A stretch of DNA of 64,000 nucleotides from an uncultured Actinomycetes bacterium (GCA_963850695.1 CAWKMJ010000001.1:267837-331836); one strand, 5' to 3'; counted from the first letter of the stretch, positions 24,689-37,353 are shown. Notes: generated by a model from the sequence alone, not told the origin. Program-made: numbers and translations.

Positions 24689-26299
24689 CGGGCCACCTCC
24701 TCTTCGCAACTCGAGCTGAGTCGATCATCTCGAACACCTCGTTGACCTGCTCGACGAAACGCTCGCCCTCGAACGGGAGATATGTCGATGATCCGCAGAC
24801 GCGAGTCGTCGATTCGACGCGAACGCAGGACGATGCGAAGCAGGTTGATTCTGCGATCCATGTCAAGGTTGCCGATCAGGTTGTGGCAGTGACCCTCTCG
24901 GCATCTGAAGACCGACGACCGCGTCGAAGCCCGTCTTGAATGCCTCCAGCACGTAGAGAGTGTCGAGGCGCCCGCCGCACGGTATGCGAACCGGGAGGAA
25001 GGTCGCCGGGTAGCTGACGCCGTTGCTGCGGATGCTCTTCGCCGCCTGGTCACCAGCCGGGTACCCGCACCCGCCACACAGGAATCCAAGGACCTTCGGC
25101 TCCTCTGTCGGGACCTCGGCGAGCGTGCGGATGGCCGACATGAGATAGCCGTGCGGAGAGTTCACGATGTCGCGAGCGCCTACCGGGCAGGACACGACGC
25201 ACTTGCCGCATCCTCGGCAACGACGCAGGTCCACGTGCGAGAGCCCGTCGTCGCCCATGTAGCACGCACCGAACGCGCAGGTACGGATGCACGACGCACA
25301 TCCGCCGCACAGCTTCTCGTTCACCTCCGAAGTGTCGCTGTAGTGCGTGTAGTGCGCCTGCGAGAGCTCGAGTATGAGCGCCATCGCCGCTGAGTCCGCC
25401 GCAGTGACACTGTCGCGCAGGCGGCCCTGGTCCTCAGCGGTCGAGATGACCATGATGCCCGGCTCGACGGTCTCGGCCGGGTGCGTCGTCGGATCGATGG
25501 TTCGGGCGGCGCCGTCATCATCGACATCGACCTTGAAGTGAGGCCGCAGCTCGGGGACCCACTTCGTATCCGAAGGGTCGGCGATGATGATGCCCCCCAC
25601 GTGATACGTGTTGCGGCCGGCATCGGTCTCGAGAACGACCTCGAAGTCGCCGAGCCATCCCTGTCCATCAAGGAACCTCGCCCCATTGACAGCCTGAGCG
25701 TTCGGGTGTCCGTACACGATAGGAGGCGGTGGCACGAAGCGAGTCACGCTCTCGCGTGTTCTCGGCGGCTGTCCCGCGATCGGCGATGATGACCGAGTAG
25801 CCCAGCTGGAGTAGGCGCTGACTGGCAATGAGAGCCTCGTCCGTCGCACCCAGGATCAGCACCGACTTGACGCGGCTCGGCGCACTGTCCCACCTGCGGC
25901 TCGGCGACGGTCGCGCGTTGCACGGCTACTTCGATGAGTGCCTTCGCCTTGCTGGTTGCTCCCTCGGGGTCGTCAGGGTGTGCCAGTGCGACCTGCTCGA
26001 GGATGTTGGCCGCGATCACCCTGTTGGGATTCAGACCGGCCTCCACGAGCCGATCTCTGATCTGCTCGCCCCGAGAAGGACTTCGCGTAGTACTCCCTGG
26101 AGTGTCCCGCGAGTACCACCGCATCGAGCGCTGCATCGGAGATGTCGCTGACTATGCGATCGATGACCTCGGAGTCGTGGAGCTCGTCGACGACGCGCAC
26201 GACAGCCGCGAGCTGGCTGACGTCGCGTGTGGCCTCGTCGATGTCGACAACGGAGCTCACTTGTCCGCCGCAACGTGAGACATAGAGGCCGAGAGACAT
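24685..26299 (-). CDS. Truncated HdrA-like / 2x[4Fe-4S] ferredoxin / MvhD fusion; frameshifted
   Basis: [24 protein letters not shown]; [11 protein letters not shown] and [11 protein letters not shown]; MvhD-like [24 protein letters not shown]. Confidence 0.8.
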
Positions 26300-26425
26300 G
26301 AGGACTCACCCCTTTCGCCGGAGCATCCAGCTCCGTGTCGGGTCCCACCGATGCCGGTCGGGATAGCGGAGACCCGAGCTTCGTTCCTTACGGGGAGAGC
26401 ATCGGCGCGAGGTCCACGATGCCTT

Positions 26426-27547
<1,122 letters not shown>

Positions 27548-27559
27548 TACGTGAGCCGC

Positions 27560-29947
27560 CTAGCGGATGAGCCTGTCGACAGTGTCAAGGAGCGTGTCCT
27601 GGTTGAACACGGACTTCGTGATGTAGGCGTCTGCGCCGGCGTCGATGCCCTCCGCCTTCTCCTCGTCACGCTCGAGCGAGGTGACGATGATGACCGGGAT
27701 GTCCTGCAGATCGGGATCGGACTTGATCGCACGGGTGAGCTCGAAGCCGTTCATGATTGGGCATCTGGACGTCGGACACCACGGCATCCGGATCGAGTCC
27801 CTCCCTGCAGCTTCTGCAGGCCCTGGGCACCATCGATGGCGACCTCGACCTCATAGCCTGCCGCCTCGAAGATCGAGCGCTCCAGCTCGCGCGTGGTGAA
27901 CGAGTCCTCGCAGATGAGGACGCTCATGGGCCCTGAGTGCTCCTCTACCGCGGCCGGGCCTGCCTTCTGTCCGGAACGAACACGCGCGTTCTCCATGAGA
28001 TCAGGGACGTTGAGAATGGGAACGACCTCCCCGGCGCCAAGAATCGTCACGCCGGCGACGTTGTCCACCTTGGCGAGATGATCGCCGAGTGTCTTGATGA
28101 CGATCTGCTGCTCGCCCACCAGCGCATCAACGATGAAGCCCATGCGATGCCCGGAGAAACCTATGGTCGCGATGGGGATCTTCGCGCCCTCGTGGCCGAT
28201 CGCGGGCACGCCGAGGATGTCGCTCAAGGAGACGAGCGGAATCGTCCGCCGTTGGCGCCTGATGACCTCTCGACCTTCGACCTTGATGATCTCGCTCGGG
28301 CTCGATGCGCAGTCGTCTCCTCGACCGAGGCGGTGGGAAGAGCGAAGACCTGATCGCCTACGCGCAGCATGAGCGCGCGGATGATCGCCAGCGTGAGCGG
28401 GATCGTGAGCCTGAAGGTCGTGCCCTCGCCGAGCTCACTCTGCACATCCAGAGAGCCCTTGAGCTTCTCGACGATGAACTCGCGAACGACATCCATCCCG
28501 ACGCCACGCCCGGATATCTCCGTGATGATGGCGCTCGTCGAGAAGCCCTTCTCGAAGATGAGATACTGTGCCTCGCGATCGGTCATGGACTTCGCTTCGG
28601 CCTCGGTGATGTAGCCCTTGCGGACGGCGGATGCCCGCACCTTGTCGGGGTCGATCCCCCGACCGTCATCCGAGACCTCGATGACGATGTGGTCGCCCTC
28701 CTGCCGCGCCGCCATGTGGATGCTGCCCTTGGCCGGCTTGCCGAGCTGCCTTGCGCTCCTCGGCAGTCTCGATGCCATGGTCGATCGCGTTTCGCATGAT
28801 GTGGATGAGCGGGTCGTTGATCTCCTCGAGCACCTTCTTGTCGAGCTCGGTCTCGCCGCCCTCCATCTCGAGCTCGACGTCCTTCTTGAACGAACGCGCA
28901 AGATCGCGCGTAGCTCGCGGGAACGTGTTGAACACGGTGCTCACCGGCAGCATGCGCAGGCGCATACCCTGTTCCTGGAGATCGTTGACGACGATCGTCG
29001 TCCGCGCGGCGTCGTCGGCGTACGCCTTCGTGAACGAGCTGAGCGCCCGACGCCGATCGGCAAGCAGACTGTCGAGCGGTCTGAAGATCCTCGAGGATGT
29101 TGTCGAGGAGACCGTCCTCCTCGGCGTTGATCGCGTTGATCGTGGACTTCACGCGGATCCACGCGTTCCAGATGTCCGAGAACTCACTGAGCCCCTGCCG
29201 CAGCTCCAGGGAGCGCTGATCGGCCTTGATCTGCGAGATGACGACCTCGCTGATCAGGTTGAGCAGCTGGTCGATCTGATTCGTGCGTGATGCGGATGGT
29301 GGGCTGGACCTTCGAGCGGAGAGCCGCGCTGCCCTGCTCACCAGGACCGATCTGGACCGGTGCGCCGCCCTTGGGGCTCTTGCGCACCATGTCTTCCTCG
29401 TCGTGCTTCGAGATCGAGGAGGTCATCGTCTTCATCGATGTCGTCGTCGACATCTCCGTCGACGTCGGCGTCTGCGCGGCGGCCGCCTCCGTCTCAGCGG
29501 TGCTGTCTCGGTGCTCATGTCGGCAGAGCCGGCTGCCTGTACTCCCGCCGTCGTCTGTCCGCCCTCGGCGACCTCGTTGAGGGTATCTTGCAGCGCCTCG
29601 AGGTCGATCTCGATCTCGACGTCCTTGCCTGCGTTGTCGGCGAGATAGACGATGGCGTCGAGCGCCTCGAAGAAGTGGTCACTGAGATCGGCCGTGTACT
29701 CCATGTCCCCATCGCGCACCTTGACCATGATGTCTTCGAGGCGGTGCGCGATGTCGGAGATCTCGATCAGCCCGACCATCCGCGAGCTTCCCTTGAGCGT
29801 ATGGGCATCCCGCAGCATCTGGTCGACGAGTTCGCCGTTCTTCGGGTCCCCCTCGAGCGTGATAACGCCCTCGTTCAGGCGCTGCAGCAGATCGCTCGCC
29901 TCCTCCTGGAACTTCGATATGAACGCACTGCGGTCGAAATCGACCAT
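27560..29947 (-). CDS. cheA: Hybrid CheA (Hpt-dimerisation-HATPase-CheW-REC; FrzE/WspE-like); frameshifted
   Basis: RDAHTLKGSS, HIMRNAIDHG, DDGRG, GRGVGMDVV, CheW domain, C-terminal CEDS..DVQMP..YITKS. Confidence 0.93.
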
Positions 29948-29974
29948 TCCGTGTCCTTCCTGGCTGAGCTGTGG

Positions 29975-31209
29975 CTACTCGACGATCTTGAACGCCGAGC
30001 CGACCTGCGAGGACTCCTTGGCGATCGACGACAGCTGTTCGGCCGAACCCGCGACCTGACGCCCGCCTGCCGCCGTCTGCTGCGCGACAGCCGCGACCTC
30101 CCGCATCGCCTTGACGACCTGGTCTGTGGCGCTCTTCTGCTGCTGCGTAGCCGCGGAGATCTCCTTGGCCGCAACGGTCGTCTGCTCGATCATCTCAAGG
30201 ATCTGGTCGAGCGATTCACCCGTGACCTGGGCAAGCTCGACGCCGGACTGCACCTGCTTGAGCTCCTGCTCGGTGGCCATGACGAGCTCGTTGGCGGCTG
30301 TCTGGATCTCGATCATGATCGTCGAGATCTCGCTCGTGGAGTCCACGACAGACTCGGCGAGCTTCCGGATCTCGATCGCGACGACCGAGAAGCCCTTGCC
30401 GGCCTCGCCCGCACGCGCGGCCTCGATAGCCGCGTTGAGCGCGAGGATCTTGGTCTGGTCGGCGATGGTGTTGATGATCTCGAGGACCTGACCGATCTGC
30501 TGGCTTCGCTCGCCCGAGCGAGAGGATCTTGTTCGCCGAGGACTGGCTGCGGCCTTTGATCTCCTCCATGGAGCTCAGGGTGTTGGCGACCGCCTGCTGA
30601 CCGGACTCGGCGCTGCCGAGTGAGGCCTCGGCCATGTTGACGACCTGGTTGGCGTTCTCGGCGATCTGCCGATACGTGGCAGCGAGCTCCTCCATCGTCG
30701 CGGTCGTCTGGCTGATCGATGCGGCCTGCTCGGCCGAGCCGGATGCCTGCTGCTCTGTCGCCGACAGGATCTCGCTCGACGACTGCGCCAGACGCTTGGA
30801 CGACTCCTGGGTCTGCCGGATGAGATAGACGATCAGGTCGAGCATCTGGTTGTAGGACTTGGCCAGCACGCCGAACTCGTCTGACGAGTCGACATCCACC
30901 TTGATGCCGATCTCGCCCTGGCAGGCCGCCTTCACGCTCTCGACCACCTTGTCCAGTGGCGCGATGAACCTCCTGCCCACGAGCACGAACGCGACTATCC
31001 AGCCGATCGAGAGAACTATCACCCCCGCGACGAGGATGCCGAGGTCCTGCGCCAACCTCGCAGCAGTGACGTCACCGATCTCGTCGCTGAACACGTACCA
31101 CGCGAGCCCCCACTGCAAGCACGTTGAACACGAAGAACAACAGGATGTTGGCGAGCGAGTACTTCCACAGGAACTTGCTTCTGAACTTCTCGATCAATGA
31201 GCCGATCAT
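29975..31209 (-). CDS. Methyl-accepting chemoreceptor, 2 TM + HAMP, no external sensor domain; frameshifted
   Basis: [13 protein letters not shown] (HAMP), [24 protein letters not shown] hairpin. Confidence 0.93.
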
Positions 31210-31785
31210 GATGTCCTCCCGGTGGTGGTCTTCACTCGCCTAGCTCCGATGGGTTTGAGGATGCGGTCGACGTTGACAAGCCCGATCAGGCGCTCATCCA
31301 CGTACACGGAACCAGCTACGAACTCGGCCTGTGACCGATCCATGACCGAAAGCGGGGGCTCGACCCCGTCGAGGGGGATCTCCGCGATGTCGCCGATCTC
31401 ATCGACGACCATCGCAGTCGCCCGATCCTCGTTCTGGATCACGATGGCCGGGGGGTTCTGCCCCTCGACCGGGGCAACCGACCCAAGGCGCATGAGCCTC
31501 GCGATATCGGTGACCGAGATGATCTCGCCGCGTATGTTCACGACACCCTGAACGAAGTCAGGCGTACACGGAACGGAGGTCACGACGTACTCCTGATAGA
31601 TCTCGCGCACGTCCTCGACCCTGACCGAGTACCACTCCTCGTCCAGCCGGAAGAGGAGGATGCCCATGGACATCGCGATCCTCATCGTCGACGGTCTCGC
31701 GAGCCAGCGACAGTGCGCGTTCCTTGAGGATCTCATCGGCACTGTGGATGAGCGACGGAGCCAAGCTCGGTCCCTCTTCACCCAT
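31206..31785 (-). CDS. cheW: CheW coupling protein; frameshifted
   Basis: ILKERALSLAR N-terminus; VPCTPDFVQGVVNIRGEII, VVDEI. Confidence 0.92.
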
Positions 31786-31788
31786 GGG

Positions 31789-32622
31789 TCATCGCCCCCT
31801 CGGCAGTTCGACCGGGGCCACGAGGTTCTCGACCTCGAGCAGGTAGACGAGCTCGCTGTCCATCCGACACACGCCGATCATCTTCGTCGAGAGGCTGTGC
31901 ATGTTGGGCGGCGGATCCAGACAGCCAGCCGGCATGGTCATCACGTCCTCGACATGATCGACGACGAGCGCCACAAGCTGCCCGTGCGCGTGGCAGATGA
32001 TCATCGGGGTGTCGAGAGCGTACTCCCTGGGCTCCAGGCCGATGAGGAAGCGCATGTCGATCGCCGGAATCACCGAGCCACGCAGATTCACCATGCCGAC
32101 GACCGCACCGCCAGCAGCAGGAATCTCCGAGAACTCGACGATCTGCTGGATCTCCTGAACCACGCCGATGGGCACGGCGTAGTGCTGCCCAGCCAGCTGG
32201 AACGCGATGATCTTGTCCGCCATGTCTGAAGGGAGGTCCGACGACCCGCCTTCGTCCTGGTCGGGCTCGGGAGCTTGCAGCAGGTCGACTGCTGCGCCCT
32301 CGAGACCTGCTTCCTGCTGTACCACGACCGGCTCGGTCACTGCTGGAGAATCGTCTGCGCGTTCTTCCATCGGCTCCTCTCGAATAGCCTCGGCACCTTC
32401 GGCAGCCACGGTCTTCTCCGCTTGTGCGGCGTCCGCGACCGCCTCTTCGGCTGAGTCAAGCGCCGGCGCCTTCGTCTTCTTCGCAGCAGGCTTGCTCGCA
32501 GCCTTCCGCGTCGTCTTCTTCGCCGCTGGCTTGCGGCCACCCTTGGCCGACGACGCGCTGCCAGCTGTGGAGCGACCCGCTGCCTTCTTGGGTCGGTCTT
32601 CCGGTGTCTTGCCAGCCGTCAT
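31789..32622 (-). CDS. cheW: CheW with a long basic-then-acidic N-terminal extension
   Basis: GMVNLRGSVIPAID, LVVDHVEDV; N-terminal PAAKKTTRKAASKPAAKKTK. Confidence 0.88.
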   Translation of the reverse strand: MTAGKTPEDRPKKAAGRSTAGSASSAKGGRKPAAKKTTRKAASKPAAKKTKAPALDSAEEAVADAAQAEKTVAAEGAEAIREEPMEERADDSPAVTEPVVVQQEAGLEGAAVDLLQAPEPDQDEGGSSDLPSDMADKIIAFQLAGQHYAVPIGVVQEIQQIVEFSEIPAAGGAVVGMVNLRGSVIPAIDMRFLIGLEPREYALDTPMIICHAHGQLVALVVDHVEDVMTMPAGCLDPPPNMHSLSTKMIGVCRMDSELVYLLEVENLVAPVELPRGR

Positions 32623-32635
32623 CGTGTGGTGCCTA

Positions 32636-34540
32636 TCATTCCCAGAACCTCAGAACCCGGTTGAGTTCCTCAGGGCTCACCCGCCCGGCCTCTACCTTGG
32701 CCAAGCCCGATGACACCATCGGTCGCATGCCGGCGGCCTGCGCTGCAGCGGCTATCTCACGCTCGCTCCCGCCTCGGGCGATCGTGGCCCGCACGGACTC
32801 GGTGAACGGCAGCACCTCGTAGATGCCGGTCGCACCGAGGAAGCCGGTGTTGCCGCAGTTGGCACAGCCCGAGCCGGCCTTGGCGACTATTCCGGGCGGA
32901 GCCCCGGGGATGTGCTCGGCGAGGGTCGCGTCGACCTCCTGAGAGCAGTTGGGGCAGTTCACACGAACGAGGCGCTGGCCCACGCCCAGCGTCAGTGCAG
33001 CAGCAAGCGAGACGGGTTCGACGCCCAGGTCGAGCATGCGGCTCACTCCGGTGACGATGTCTCCGCCGGAGAACGTCGCGATCACGAGCTTGCCGAGTCC
33101 AGCCGCCTCGATGGCAAGGTGGATCTCCTCCACGGACTGCACGGCATCGATCGCCATCACGTCCGTGTCCTGTGCGATTCCCGCCGAGAAGTAGGACTCC
33201 GCACCGACCGAGAGCCCGGGATTGACGAGCACCTGCGCTACCGCCGGGATCTCGTAGTCGATCGCGCGCTCGACGGAGTAGACCGTCTTGCCCGCCTGCG
33301 CCGCATGAGCAAGAAGCGCGTAGTAGGTCGAGCTGCGTCCGCCAGCGACCGGAGCGCAGACCAGAAGGATCCCACGCCCTCGCTCGACCATGGCGTTCAG
33401 AGCTCGAGCCTCGGCCTCGCTCATGCCCAGGCCCGTGAGTGAGCGCGGCTCGGGCCGGCCCGCGGCGAGTGAGATGACCATGCGCTGACCGGCAACCGTG
33501 GGAACCGACGACACCGTGATCGTCAGGTCCTTGTCCGCGACGTGCGTCTTCAACCTGCCGAGCGCGGGCAGACTCGCCGGCACCGAGCTGAGCTTCGCGA
33601 AGCTCTTGAAGCCGTCGATCAGCGCCGCCTGCATCGAGATGGGTGCGCTTGCGACCTTCTCGAGGCGACCCATGACCCGGTAGACGAGGAAGAAGTCGTT
33701 CTTGTACGGCAGGATGTGGATGCGCTGCGCTCCCCGCGCGACCGCATCCTCGAGTATCTCGGTGACAAGGATCGCGACCTTGCCGGGATCGGCGACCGCC
33801 AGCACGTCGAGATCGACCGCAGCAGGTCCGTCAGGCTCCGCGGCCTCGACGACCTCCTCGATCGTCTCCATGGCTGCTGTGAGCTCGGCGACCTCCTCAG
33901 CGACCTCCTCGACGGAGATGGCCTCGGCGACCACGGGCACAGGTGCGTCCTCGAGGGGCGCTTCGAAGAAGTCGGCTGCGTCGAGAACCGGCTCCTCCTC
34001 GATGATGTCGATGGGTAGCTCGGCCGGCACGGGTGTCTCGCCTGCGAACGCCTCTGGCTGCGCTGGGGGTGTCTCTGCTGCAGCCGCGGCGTCCTCGGCC
34101 GTCGGAGCGGCCGGTGCATCGCCGTAGTACTGCACTATCGCCGCACTCACAGCAGAGGACTCCGCCAGCACGGCCTCGACCTCGAGGCCAAGCTCCGCGC
34201 TCAAGTCATCGAGCTTGAAGACGTCGACGGCATCGCCGATGGCGACGGTGAGCATGCCCTCGATCTCGAAGAGCGGGAGCATGTTGAGCGTGCGCGCACG
34301 GTCTGCCGGCAGCGCGACGAGTGCCTCCTCGTCCGGTGCGTAGCTCTCGAGGTCGACAGCGGGGATACCGAGCTCGTCCTCGAGGACGTTGGCGAGATCG
34401 GCGGGCGTGACAAGGCCGCGCTCGATGAGCGCAGCTCCTGGGGTGATCCCGCTCGACTCGGCGGCCTCACGGATCGAGGTCAGCTGCTCGATCGTGAGAA
34501 GACCCGAGTTGACGAGCGAATCCAGGACCCGCGTCGTCAT
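32636..34540 (-). CDS. PilB/GspE-family protein with MshEN-like N-terminus and degenerate ATPase motifs
   Basis: N-terminal LVNSGLL/LIERGLV, LTVAIGD; QRLVRVNCPNC..CANC..GIYEVL; Walker A reads APVAGGRSST. Confidence 0.88.
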   Translation of the reverse strand: MTTRVLDSLVNSGLLTIEQLTSIREAAESSGITPGAALIERGLVTPADLANVLEDELGIPAVDLESYAPDEEALVALPADRARTLNMLPLFEIEGMLTVAIGDAVDVFKLDDLSAELGLEVEAVLAESSAVSAAIVQYYGDAPAAPTAEDAAAAAETPPAQPEAFAGETPVPAELPIDIIEEEPVLDAADFFEAPLEDAPVPVVAEAISVEEVAEEVAELTAAMETIEEVVEAAEPDGPAAVDLDVLAVADPGKVAILVTEILEDAVARGAQRIHILPYKNDFFLVYRVMGRLEKVASAPISMQAALIDGFKSFAKLSSVPASLPALGRLKTHVADKDLTITVSSVPTVAGQRMVISLAAGRPEPRSLTGLGMSEAEARALNAMVERGRGILLVCAPVAGGRSSTYYALLAHAAQAGKTVYSVERAIDYEIPAVAQVLVNPGLSVGAESYFSAGIAQDTDVMAIDAVQSVEEIHLAIEAAGLGKLVIATFSGGDIVTGVSRMLDLGVEPVSLAAALTLGVGQRLVRVNCPNCSQEVDATLAEHIPGAPPGIVAKAGSGCANCGNTGFLGATGIYEVLPFTESVRATIARGGSEREIAAAAQAAGMRPMVSSGLAKVEAGRVSPEELNRVLRFWE

Positions 34541-34571
34541 GGTCGCTGACTCCGCCACGCGCAGGCCTCCT

Positions 34572-34952
34572 CTATCCCTGTGTCTTGTCGAGCTCCTCGG
34601 CAACCGCTTCGAGGAGCTTCTCCGGCTCGACCGGCTTGGTCAGGTACTGGTTGGCGCCAGTCCGGATGCCGGTGGCCATCGCCTGCTCCTCGGTCTTCGC
34701 CGTGAGCATGATGATCGGGATCGCCTTGTACTTCTGGTCGAACTTGAGCAGGCGGCAGACGCGATACCCGTCGAGCTTGGGGAGCATGACGTCGAGCAGA
34801 ATGAGATCGGGCATCTCGGCACGTGCCGTCTCGAGCGCTTCCGCCCCGTCCACCGCAGTGATGACCTCGTAGCCGCCGGTCTCGAGAATGGCCTTGATCA
34901 TCTCAAGGATGGTAGGACTGTCGTCGACCGCGAGTATCCTCGCATTCGCCAT
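34572..34952 (-). CDS. Single-domain response regulator (CheY/PilH-like)
   Basis: AVDDS, LLDVMLP, MLTAK, YLTKP. Confidence 0.95.
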   Translation of the reverse strand: MANARILAVDDSPTILEMIKAILETGGYEVITAVDGAEALETARAEMPDLILLDVMLPKLDGYRVCRLLKFDQKYKAIPIIMLTAKTEEQAMATGIRTGANQYLTKPVEPEKLLEAVAEELDKTQG

Positions 34953-35023
34953 TCCTGACTCCCCTCAGCATCCTAACGCCCGTACCTTGGATTATCGCGC
35001 ATTTCGCCCGGTTCCTTAAGGTA

Positions 35024-36593
35024 TTAGGTCGTCTTCCGACACTCTATCAGACTGCGTTCGCACGTCTTGGCCAACAGATCCGGCTTGAAACCCCCCAGAA
35101 ACGCCGTCCATTCGCCCTCCGGTGAGCGGTACAGACGCCTGGATCGCGTTCTCGTATTCCCTGCACGCATCGTCGGTCGCGCCCTTGGGCTCGATACAGG
35201 TTCGCAAGGTTGAGATGGGCAAGCGGGAAGTCGGCATCGATGTAGATCGTCTTCTTGAACTCCGAGAGCGCCCGCATGGGATCGTCCATACGCAGATAGA
35301 TGATGCCGAGGGTGTAGCGTGCGGCCGCGATCAGCGGATCGATCGCCAGTGCCTGGTTGGCCTCGAGGACGCGCCGAGTCCAGATCGCCGGTGTCCGCGT
35401 GTGCAAAGGCGGCAAGCAGGAACGCCTCAGGGTTCTCCGGGTCCTCCTCCAGGATCCTCTGAGACAGCGCGAGCGCGTCCTCGGGTCGTCCGTCGGCAGA
35501 GGCGTCCCGTGCCTGCGCCAGGAGTTCCTTGACACCTAGCAGCTCGGCCGCGTCCTCGACGGGAGCGCAGCGCCCTCGATCGGGGCCGACGTCAGGGATC
35601 ACCCCAGGCTCCATGTCAGGGAACACGGTCTCCCGCGCAGGGTGCGTCAGCGGGAGCCGGAGCCTCCTTCGAACGCCTGCGGCCCCGACGCTTGGAGGGT
35701 CGCTCGGCGACGACGGACGAGAACGTGGGTCTGCGTCCGCGAGCCTTGCGATACAGGAACACGCCCCCGACCTCGACCGGCTCGAAGCGGTCCGAGATGC
35801 TGGTCAGCGTCTCGGAGTGACCAACGAAGAGGTATCCACCGGGATTCAGGCTCTCGTAGAAGTTCTCCACGACGCGCCTCGTCGACTCCAGTCGGAAGTA
35901 GATCGTGACGTTGCGACAGAAGATGACGTCCCAGTTGCCCATGAGGCCGAGTGGGTACGGCTCCTTGATCAGGTTGTGGTAGTGGAAGTCGACGACGCTG
36001 CGGACCCTGTCTGTGACCCGATGACCCGCGCGCCGTGGGCTCGAAGAACCGCGACGAGATCGTGTGCGGCACGCTGAGAAGCGCCCTCGACGGATAGATG
36101 CCGGCCTTGGCGACATCGAGAGCGTTCGTGGAGACGTCGGTGCCCAGAACCTCAGTGGTGTAGCCAAGCCCCTCGAGACCAGAATCGAGCAGCGTCATCG
36201 CCACCGAGTAGGGCTCCTCGCCCGTCGAGCATCCAGCCGACCAGACCCGGAACGACTTCTGGTGTCTGGCGGTTTGTGCTCGAGTGATCTCGGGGACGAT
36301 GCTCTGCCTGAAGCGCTTCGAACTGCGCCGGGAACCGGAAGAAGCTCGTCTCGTTGATTGTGACGAGGTTCATGAGTTCCTTGAACTCTGCCTCATCGCT
36401 CGTGAGCAGCTCGATAGTACTCGTCAAGCGCATCGAATCCCAGCCGGGTCGCCCGCGTGATCAGCGAGATGCGCAGCGAGTCGGCCTTCGATGCCTCGAG
36501 GTAGATGCCCGAGTGCTTGTGGATGTAGTCGCGGAACCGCTCGAACTGTTCCGGCGTGAGGTCCTTTGCCAGGCTCTCGCCGTCGCCGACCAT
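35024..36593 (-). CDS. cheR: CheR methyltransferase with C-terminal TPRs (FrzF/WspC-like); frameshifted
   Basis: TINETSFFR, WSVGCSTGEEPYS, DVIFCRNV, GHSE; TPR AARYTLG..ALSEFKKTIY. Confidence 0.93.
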
Positions 36594-36601
36594 GTCCGCC
36601 C

Positions 36602-37353
36602 TCAGCTCTCTACGGCAGCTTCGTCGAGCATGGCCACCTGCTCGATGAGACCGGCAGCGAACATGCCGTAGAGGATCTTCGCGGTCTCGAAGTCGTTGTA
36701 TCCGGTGAGCTCGACAAGCTCACGAACGGTGCGGCCGCCATGCAGGTAGCACAGGAGCATCCACTCCTTGGGCTTGAGGTGTATCTCCATCGACTTGTCG
36801 CCGGGTGCACGAGGCCATGATGAAGCGCGTCTCCATGCTCGGGATCTTCTGCCGGATGCGGTTCCACAGCTCGAGCCGACGCGCGGACTCCATGATGATG
36901 TTCTCGACCGAGACCGAGATGCCGATGTCCTCGTCCTCGCAGGTCTCGTCCGCCTCGAAGCGGAGCTCGCCCTCGTCCCAGCGGAACAGGTCGAAGAGCG
37001 TGTCGTTGATCTGGTCTTGGATGAAGTCCTCGAGGACGTCGCTTTCGAGGTATCCCTCGTCCACCAGGATCTGGCCCAAGCCGGCGACCGGCCTTCTCCT
37101 TCTTCTGGATCTTCTGAAGACCGAGGGCCTGGCGAAGCTGCTTCTGTGAGATCACGCCGGCCTTGACCAGACGCTTGCCGAGCGACTCGCGGTTCCAGTT
37201 CGACGACGCGAAGAAGACACGCCCCTTCTTGAAGCAGACGATCCCCTCGGCGTCCTCACGCTCCATGTGGAGCGTGCCGGTCTTGTCGCCGGATGCGAGC
37301 AGCCGGAACATGTCTTCGAGCGAGAAGTCTTTGAGGTTGCCCTCGAGCGCCAC
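36602..37353 (-). CDS. DUF4388 (PATAN-like) protein with inserted MshEN-like motifs; frameshifted
   Basis: LEGNLKDFSL..KTGTL..F.KG.V..A; LGKRLVKAGVISQKQLRQALGLQ and RLGQILVDEGYL; LFRWDEGELRFE, IMESARRL; GGAGG RBS. Confidence 0.85.

Noticed and set aside
22387-26299. Selenocysteine-containing hydrogenase or Hdr subunits
   Set aside because: The L1, L2 and MvhD motifs I checked use Cys codons; the breaks are frameshifts rather than in-frame TGA
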